Shown in pieces: positions 20,960 through 27,499 of a stretch of DNA of 38,048 nucleotides. The notes under the pieces are model-generated. The model worked only from the letters and a program-made list of their open reading frames with translations, was not told where the DNA came from and ran no database searches. Both the position numbers and the translations under genes were made by a program. Every line of letters begins with the position of its first letter. The stretch's first letter is position 1. Origin of the DNA: Snowella sp. (GTDB lineage Bacteria; Cyanobacteriota; Cyanobacteriia; Cyanobacteriales; Microcystaceae); contig JAYKGY010000121.1 in assembly GCA_035285545.1 (NCBI GenBank), forward strand, positions 1 to 38,048, read 5' to 3'.

Positions 20960-21082
20960 CTAGTGAGCAGAACCGTTACCATCGTAATTGTCAGAGTCGT
21001 AAAAACCGTTTTTGGTCGCAAAAAAGAGGGATGAAACAATAAATAGACCCGTTAAGACGACCATGATTAATTTAACATCCAT
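20960..21082 (-). CDS. ndhP: NDH-1L complex subunit NdhP (40 aa, absent from the ORF track)
   Basis: Hand translation gives MDVKLIMVVLTGLFIVSSLFFATKNGFYDSDNYDGNGSAH*, one TM helix plus the diagnostic NGFYDSDxYxGNGSAH tail. GAGGAG RBS at 21094-21099. Confidence 0.93.
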   Translation of the reverse strand: MDVKLIMVVLTGLFIVSSLFFATKNGFYDSDNYDGNGSAH

Positions 21083-21246
21083 ATTAATGTAGGCTCCTCA
21101 CCCGATAATTTTAATGTTTAAATGCTATCGTGTTTTTCCAAGATACCCGAAATATAACGGATTGCCTTAATAGTTAGTTCAATTTTAACCCATCTTAAAA
21201 AATGACAGGGGTAATTAACAGTGATGAATGAGCCTGTAAATCCGCC

Positions 21247-22800
21247 TTAAGTGGTTAATTCGGCGATCGCTTCGGCCAAATCAAACAGGGGGGACAAAAC
21301 CGTTTCATAGGGAAAAAGCTGTCGTTCTCCATCGGGTTCATAACTTTCCACATAGACCGTTAAATTGCCCCGATCCGTATGGCCGACGAGGGGATCTAAT
21401 CGGAAGATCAGGCGCGATCCTTCAGTGAATACCAATGCCAAACCCAACTGCTCAATTTGTTGGAATTTGACCGCATCATAAAAGCTGAGGGGATGACTGT
21501 AGGCGACTTGGTAGCGACCGTATTCTTTCCCTTTTAAAGTTAAACTGCCTAAGTTTTGGAGCTTTTCATACAGGGGCGGCAGATAAAAATTCTCGTAAAT
21601 TTGGCAGCCATGAAAATTTCGTCCATACTGTTGCCAATGGTTTTGCACGATTTGCAGAATGGATTGGGGACGGGCCGCTAAAATATTGAGCCAAAATAAT
21701 AAGGGCCAAATGGGATCGGTTTCTCGGCTATAGCTTGCACCAATTTCTCCTTCTTCGTTGCCCGCAAAGGTTACACCCTGAACATCCATTAATTGACTCA
21801 TCAAAAACCATTCACTGGGGGTTTCATAACACGGAATACCGAGAGCTAGGGCAACATGATCGATCGCCACACTCCCAAACAGCGATCGCGCCACAGCCGT
21901 CACATTTCCTCGATAAGCCGGAATCAGGGGCGCATGGGCCATCATAATGGCTAAGCTATCACTGGCAGTTACCCCAATATGGGTTCCAAAAATACCGTAC
22001 TGAGTCCCCGATAACACACAGGTCAGATCCGGCGGATCAATTTTCCACCCCAGATTCGTCGTGCCGATCAACGGATCAAGAAGGGTGGGAGCCATTTCAA
22101 AATTCACGGTGCCAGGAAATAACCCTAATTTTTTTTCTAATAGGTGTTGGCTATAGGCATAATTGGTCGGGTCAAGGCAAGTTACACTTAGTCGAAAACT
22201 TTGCTGCTTAAAAAAATGCTGGATCGCATCAAAATCAAAAATAGAGTCCATGAGTTTTTCATAAACAGCCGCCGAATTGATAATTTCAACTTCTAAGGTC
22301 TCTAGGGCAAAGGTTCCCAAGCGATTTAGGGAAATATCTCGTTCTTCAGAAATGTAATAATTTTGAATAATTTGTATCCGTTCCTGGATCGCTTCGAGAA
22401 TGGTTGTAGGGGCTTTTGCTCCATTGCTGAGGTAGCAGTCTAGATGGATATCTCCGCCACTGAGCGAGGGGTGAATACTGAGTAAAATGCCGGCGATCGC
22501 GCTATGACGACGGATTAAATAGGACACAATCACGGGAGAGAGCAATCCTTGAGTTCCCACAATCACCCGACCAAATCCATTAGCAGCGGCTAATTTTAAA
22601 ATAATTTGCAGAAAATGTTGCGTTAGGGCCTGTCCATCTCCCCCTAATACCAGCGTTTGTCCTTTGCGATCGCTGAGAATATTAAAAAAACCTTGGACAG
22701 CCGTTTCTAAATAATGGGGTTGCTGAAAAACCGAAAGGGATTGACGAAGACCAAAGGGGAGAAAAGTTTGATCAGCAAAAGGCTGGGTCGATACGTGCAT
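21247..22800 (-). CDS. Phosphoglucomutase (PGM1-type) paralog with degenerate catalytic motifs (probable pseudoenzyme)
   Basis: Recognisable PGM segments (VFQQPHYLE, GQTLVLGGDG, AAANGFGRV, WLNILAAR, HWQQYGRNF). SASHNP is replaced by SIHPS and DGDGDR is absent. Confidence 0.85.
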   Translation of the reverse strand: MHVSTQPFADQTFLPFGLRQSLSVFQQPHYLETAVQGFFNILSDRKGQTLVLGGDGQALTQHFLQIILKLAAANGFGRVIVGTQGLLSPVIVSYLIRRHSAIAGILLSIHPSLSGGDIHLDCYLSNGAKAPTTILEAIQERIQIIQNYYISEERDISLNRLGTFALETLEVEIINSAAVYEKLMDSIFDFDAIQHFFKQQSFRLSVTCLDPTNYAYSQHLLEKKLGLFPGTVNFEMAPTLLDPLIGTTNLGWKIDPPDLTCVLSGTQYGIFGTHIGVTASDSLAIMMAHAPLIPAYRGNVTAVARSLFGSVAIDHVALALGIPCYETPSEWFLMSQLMDVQGVTFAGNEEGEIGASYSRETDPIWPLLFWLNILAARPQSILQIVQNHWQQYGRNFHGCQIYENFYLPPLYEKLQNLGSLTLKGKEYGRYQVAYSHPLSFYDAVKFQQIEQLGLALVFTEGSRLIFRLDPLVGHTDRGNLTVYVESYEPDGERQLFPYETVLSPLFDLAEAIAELTT

Positions 22801-23106
22801 TGATAAATCAGGTTAAACAGTTTGGAATAAGAATAACCTAGTTCAGGGGATCTGGGTATTATGGCGGTCTCCTGCTTCTTCATCAGAAAAACTTCACTTT
22901 AATTTGGATATAATATTCATTTTTTAAAAGTAATACCGATCAATTCAAACCCGAACAAACGCTACGGAATAACGGGGATGATTTTTTCTTTTTTAAGTGT
23001 GATGGCGATAGGCATTTTTTAATGTTTAGATAGAGATAGACTACTTTTTCATCATTTTTAATCAATTAGACCTCTACCGACTACCATCGAGGGACTATTC
23101 ATTTTC

Positions 23107-23958
23107 ATGAAATCATCATTATTAAAAAAATATAATATTCAGATTGTCGGTAATTTGAAAGCAGAAGAAACCTTGGTGTTTACTCATGGTTTTGGGAGCA
23201 ATCAAAGGGTTTGGCGTTTCATTGTACCTACCTTTCAAGATCAGTATCGTATTGTATTATTTGATTGGGCAGGAAGTGACGTTTCCTATCATCCCGACTT
23301 TGATGTTAGACAATACCGCCATTTAACGGATTATGCCAATGATTTTATCGAGATTTTTGATTTTTTAGAGTTGAAACAAGTTCATCTAATTGCCCATTCA
23401 GTCAGTTGTATGATCGGAACCTTAGTGGCTCTCAAAAAGGCTGAATTCATTCAAAGTTTAGTGTTTATTGCAGGTTCTCCTCGGTATATTAATGACCGAG
23501 ATTATCGGGGAGGACTCACGCAAGCGGACGTGGGAAAAATGTTAGATGAAATCGCGCTGAATTATCTAAATTGGGTTCGTACCACCTCTCCCATTATCAT
23601 GAATGCCCCTGAGCAACCCTTGCTAGCCGAAGAATTTGTGAAGTGTCTTCTCGCACTACACCCCAATTTTGCCTTTGTCACATTCCGTATGATTTTAAAT
23701 TTGGATTGTCGTCAGGAAGTCGAAAAACTGAATGTTCCTGTCCTCATTCTTCAGCCGCAACAGGACATTTTTGTCCCGCTGCAAGTCGGGGAGTATTTAC
23801 ATCAAACCCTCAAACATAGTCAACTTTGCTTAATTGAAGGAAAAGGGCATTTTCCCCAAATGAGTTGTCCTCAGGAAGTGATTCGGGCGATCGCCGAATT
23901 TTTATCCAGCCTGTCACACCACCATCCCCAATCGCTTCATTCTACTAACACAGACTGA
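23107..23958 (+). CDS. RsbQ/KAI2-like alpha/beta hydrolase
   Basis: HGFGSNQRVW, nucleophile AHSVS, SPRYIND..Y.GG, catalytic D in QQDIFVP and H in GHFPQMS. Confidence 0.9.
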   Translation: MKSSLLKKYNIQIVGNLKAEETLVFTHGFGSNQRVWRFIVPTFQDQYRIVLFDWAGSDVSYHPDFDVRQYRHLTDYANDFIEIFDFLELKQVHLIAHSVSCMIGTLVALKKAEFIQSLVFIAGSPRYINDRDYRGGLTQADVGKMLDEIALNYLNWVRTTSPIIMNAPEQPLLAEEFVKCLLALHPNFAFVTFRMILNLDCRQEVEKLNVPVLILQPQQDIFVPLQVGEYLHQTLKHSQLCLIEGKGHFPQMSCPQEVIRAIAEFLSSLSHHHPQSLHSTNTD

Positions 23959-24650
23959 GAGGGATTTTCGGGCGGTGTATCTTCCCTTGGGGGGGCGGGA
24001 CTGACCTTGGCTCGATAAAGCAATTTTTGGGCCTGCCGATACCCGACATAACGAACCACTACCGAACTGCCGGGTTCCACGTTGCTGTCCATCAATTGAT
24101 GCCATTGGGGATCGTAGGGGAGCGTATCTCCAACGGACGCGATCGCTTCGACTTGCCATTGATTGAGTAAATTGGCGAACGGTTTAACCAGGGGCAACAG
24201 TTTAACCGCCGGAAAGTCAGGATTTTTTTGAGCTGCTGCCGCTGCCGTTGGCCATTGCAATAACCAGGATTCTAAGGTATCCAGGGCTTGTTGCTGGAAT
24301 TCCTGTTGTAAGCGTTCTCGTTGTTCTTCGAGTTGTTGTTGCAGTCGTTGGTATTCGTTTTGCAGTTGCTCCATGTCGGGGCGGCGATCGCCTTTATTCA
24401 CGGGATCCGTCGGAATGGCGGGTAACCCATCAGGATCGAAATAGGAGATAACCGATTCAAGAGAAAGCTTTAACGCCTGAGCCAATTTAATCAAAGCTTC
24501 AACAGACATTTTAGGCAATAATCCGTACTGAATCCGAGATAATTGCCAACCGGAAAGACCTGAAATTTCCCGTAATTCATCTAGGCTAGCAATGCCAGCT
24601 TGCTGCATGAGTTCGGTTAATTGGGCCGCATAGGGAGGAATTTTTTTCAT
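23937..24650 (-). CDS. HTH-coiled coil-GrpE-head domain protein
   Basis: N-terminal XRE-like HTH (LMQQAGIASLDELREISGLS), Q/E-rich coiled coil and a GrpE-like head (YDPQWHQLM...VRYVGYRQAQKLLYRAKV). Confidence 0.8.
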   Translation of the reverse strand: MKKIPPYAAQLTELMQQAGIASLDELREISGLSGWQLSRIQYGLLPKMSVEALIKLAQALKLSLESVISYFDPDGLPAIPTDPVNKGDRRPDMEQLQNEYQRLQQQLEEQRERLQQEFQQQALDTLESWLLQWPTAAAAAQKNPDFPAVKLLPLVKPFANLLNQWQVEAIASVGDTLPYDPQWHQLMDSNVEPGSSVVVRYVGYRQAQKLLYRAKVSPAPPREDTPPENPSQSVLVE

Positions 24651-24890
24651 TGTTTTTCACTATTTTTATCGGTATAACGGACTTCTGCCTTAACAGAGCC
24701 TTAACTCAGAAAGGATCGCCCCATCCCCAGGGCTATGAGAAAAACGAGAGGAACATTGATGGTTTTATTTTAAGTTTTTCTATCGTTACTGCGTGGTTTT
24801 ACAACCAACCGATTAAGATAGATATCTGGCTTCATCTCCGCTCAATGCCGACCCTGATCCTTTCACCCTCCACTGACCGATAGAGCAACG

Positions 24891-25364
24891 ATGAGAATTG
24901 ACGTTTTGATTAAAAAAGCTTTCTTGATTCAATCTCTATTTTTCTTGACCCTAGTAGGGATTGGCTTGTTTACCATGCCAAAAAAAGCCCAAGCTCAATC
25001 GGCCTGTAGTATTTTGAGACCGACGAATGGTAATTTAATCCAAAAAAATGACTACAGCTTGATCAGTGAGCCACTCGGAAACTTTACGGTGACTTGTGAG
25101 ACATCTTTTGAGATGAGAATTGATAGTATCCAATCCCAGAGTCAGAATGCCATTGACCAAGCGACAGTGATTATTTTCAATGAATCGGGTACTATTGTTG
25201 AGGCGGACACAATCAAGCTTTTTCCTCCTCAAACGAGCATTTCCCCACAGGGGCCGGTTACAAACCAAGCTTATTCTGTAGATTTAACCTTAACAAATAC
25301 CTCCACTGTCATTCCTGCGGGCACCTATATTTACCAAGTCGGTATTAGCATCGTCGCCCGTTAA
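24891..25364 (+). CDS. Secreted pilin-like subunit (chaperone-usher, SCPU/Csu-like); possible tip subunit
   Basis: Signal peptide ending AQA, two Cys, S/T-rich beta pattern and C-terminal IPAGTYIYQVGISIV motif; paralogous to the next gene. Confidence 0.65.
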   Translation: MRIDVLIKKAFLIQSLFFLTLVGIGLFTMPKKAQAQSACSILRPTNGNLIQKNDYSLISEPLGNFTVTCETSFEMRIDSIQSQSQNAIDQATVIIFNESGTIVEADTIKLFPPQTSISPQGPVTNQAYSVDLTLTNTSTVIPAGTYIYQVGISIVAR

Positions 25365-25811
25365 GTTGATGATGCGTCTAAGGCGTTAATTAACCCGCTC
25401 GACCAAGAGACAAAATGGGTGGGGATGGATCGGTTTTAAAGTGTTTGAATTTTGAAGTGTTTGAATCAGATATTACATTTATGCGATGAATCCAATATGA
25501 TCGCAAAAGTTAGATTATAATAATTGGCGATTTATGAATCTTCACTCAGTTTAGGATTGGGTCAATAGAGTCAATTCATTCTATTAATTCCTAAAATAGT
25601 GGATTATTGTATCCCATGCTATGCTGTCCAATAAACACAACTGACATACAAACCCCTCGCTAACGGTTCGTTAATTCAAAAATTAATAAGTTCATGAGAA
25701 ATAAAATGCTCAAGTTTCCGAATGCCTGAATTAGCCGAAAGTTGCTTTTATTGGGGTAAATATTTTTGTTTGAATGATTTGTAAATATTGTAATTCTAAT
25801 TCAGTAAATTC

Positions 25812-26345
25812 ATGAAAATCAGTTCCTTTTGCATCCAGAAATTCTCTCAAAATGGTTTCCTGTTTTTAGGCATTCTGTTATCGGCAACGGTTATGACAGC
25901 AAGAAGCAGCCTTGCTCAGAGTACAACGGTCAACTTTACAGGAACAGTCACGACTTCTTGTACTTTAGGAACCGTAACGGATGGGTTACTTTCCCTAGAT
26001 AGTAGTGGTTTTGTGCTCAGTACAGCCCCTATTAATGACGGTGTTGCCGGTAGTGTCTTTCTGACCTGTAATGGCGGGACAACCGTTGAGATTACGAATT
26101 TTAGCGAAACCTCTGCTCCCCAGGCGATCGCGTCTGGATTAGCAATTGTTAAAGATCCCCTTGGCAACGAAATGGTCAGAGCTAGCTTAAATGGGACAGG
26201 AACCGGAACGACGATTTACCCTTCGGGTGGAGGGACATTTAATAATGAGGAATTTACCGTTGAAGTGACCCTTGATAATAGTTCAACCTTAATACAGTCA
26301 GGAACCTATCAGTACGCAGTCACCCTTAATTTTGTTCCCCAGTAA
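25812..26345 (+). CDS. Secreted pilin-like subunit (chaperone-usher); probable major subunit
   Basis: Signal peptide ending SLA, N-terminal TVNFTGTV alternating strand, C...C pair and C-terminal SGTYQYAVTLNFVPQ. Confidence 0.72.
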   Translation: MKISSFCIQKFSQNGFLFLGILLSATVMTARSSLAQSTTVNFTGTVTTSCTLGTVTDGLLSLDSSGFVLSTAPINDGVAGSVFLTCNGGTTVEITNFSETSAPQAIASGLAIVKDPLGNEMVRASLNGTGTGTTIYPSGGGTFNNEEFTVEVTLDNSSTLIQSGTYQYAVTLNFVPQ

Positions 26346-26398
26346 AAATAAGTGAATGACATTAATGAGGATTTCAGTAACAATCGTATCGCCATAAC

Positions 26399-26531
26399 TT
26401 ATACCAAATTAATTTGATTTATATGCAAATAGGATTCTCGATATTATCCCCCCTAGCCCCCCTTTCAAAGGGGGGAAGCCGTAGGCGGGGGGATTAGGTA
26501 AATGAACTGTTTTCTATTGAATTTGTTATTA
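26399..26531. mobile_element. MITE/REP-like element with a nested GC-rich hairpin core
   Basis: Core 26446-26494 is ATCCCCCC-tag-CCCCCCTTT-c-AAAGGGGGG-aa-GCCgtaGGC-GGGGGGAT. Imperfect terminal IRs: TTATACCAAATTAAT vs the reverse complement TAATAACAAATTCAA (11/15). Confidence 0.6.
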
Positions 26532-26556
26532 CTTCGGTTGACTCAATCAGGGTTGA

Positions 26557-27396
26557 ATGTTTAAAAAAAGTTTTACTCCATCGCGTTTTGTGCTTCCTGC
26601 GGGATTAATAGTCGGATTAATAGCCGGATTAATCGGGGAGGTTGCCCAAGCGCAGTTATTACGAGTCAGTCCTTTAGTCATCCAAACTCAAGCGGAAAAA
26701 GGGCAAGCGAGAAGCTCTGTAGAGTTTACCAATATTGGGAATAACGCTTATCGTGCTCGGATTTATGCCATGCCCTTTACTTACAATCGGGATGGATTAA
26801 AAAATCTGAAGTCTAGCCCCCAGGATTTAACGCCTTATTTAACGTTTTCCCCTAGAGAATTGGTGTTAGAACCCAATCAAACCCGTACCGTTCGTCTGAA
26901 TGCGCGTTTTGCGCCAACGGTGCCGGATGGGGAATATCGGGTGATGTTATATGCCGATCCGTTAAATGAAATTGATCCTGCCAATCCAACGCCAGCGGTT
27001 ACCCTACGCACCCGTTTAGGCATTACGGTGTATGTTCGGAAGGGGGATTTGGCTCCTAATCTCGTGGTTCAACAAGCTACCTATAATCCCCAAAAGAAAC
27101 AAATTTTACTCCTAACTCGCAATAGCGGCTCGGCAACGACTCGTCCCAAAGCGCAATGGAAAATTAGTCAAGGTAAGCAGGAGATTGCGGTCGGAAGGCT
27201 GGAAGAGACCACGGTGATTGCCGGTAGCGATCGCTATTTGACAATTCCCTATCCTCCTCCAGGAAAAAAACTGACCCCAGGAACCTATCAACTGTCAGGA
27301 CAATTGGAGTGGTCATTTCCCAAGACAGGAACGCTAACCTTTAATGTCCCCCTGACGATTTCGGAACAGGATGTTCAATCGCTTAATCGTTCTTAA
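26557..27396 (+). CDS. Periplasmic pilus assembly chaperone (PapD-like)
   Basis: Signal peptide ending AQA, VSPLVI, FTNIG, FSPRELVLEPNQTRTVR, GEYR and RLGITVYVR; second Ig-like domain with RNSG. Confidence 0.8.
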   Translation: MFKKSFTPSRFVLPAGLIVGLIAGLIGEVAQAQLLRVSPLVIQTQAEKGQARSSVEFTNIGNNAYRARIYAMPFTYNRDGLKNLKSSPQDLTPYLTFSPRELVLEPNQTRTVRLNARFAPTVPDGEYRVMLYADPLNEIDPANPTPAVTLRTRLGITVYVRKGDLAPNLVVQQATYNPQKKQILLLTRNSGSATTRPKAQWKISQGKQEIAVGRLEETTVIAGSDRYLTIPYPPPGKKLTPGTYQLSGQLEWSFPKTGTLTFNVPLTISEQDVQSLNRS

Positions 27397-27499
27397 AAAT
27401 GGCGGGAAAAGGCAACAGTTGATGCTATGGTGACCACTATTAGGGAGAAAACAAACTGGGTACACTTCAAGCGCGTTAATTCTGGTTAAGCTGTCAGCT

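Noticed and set aside
24650..24883. 77-aa ORF upstream of the first pilin
   Set aside because: It has a TTG start overlapping the divergent gene's start codon and no motifs; more likely promoter DNA.
25482..25505. TGCGA...TCGCA as a SyCRP1 box for the pilin
   Set aside because: The spacer is 14 nt rather than the required 6.
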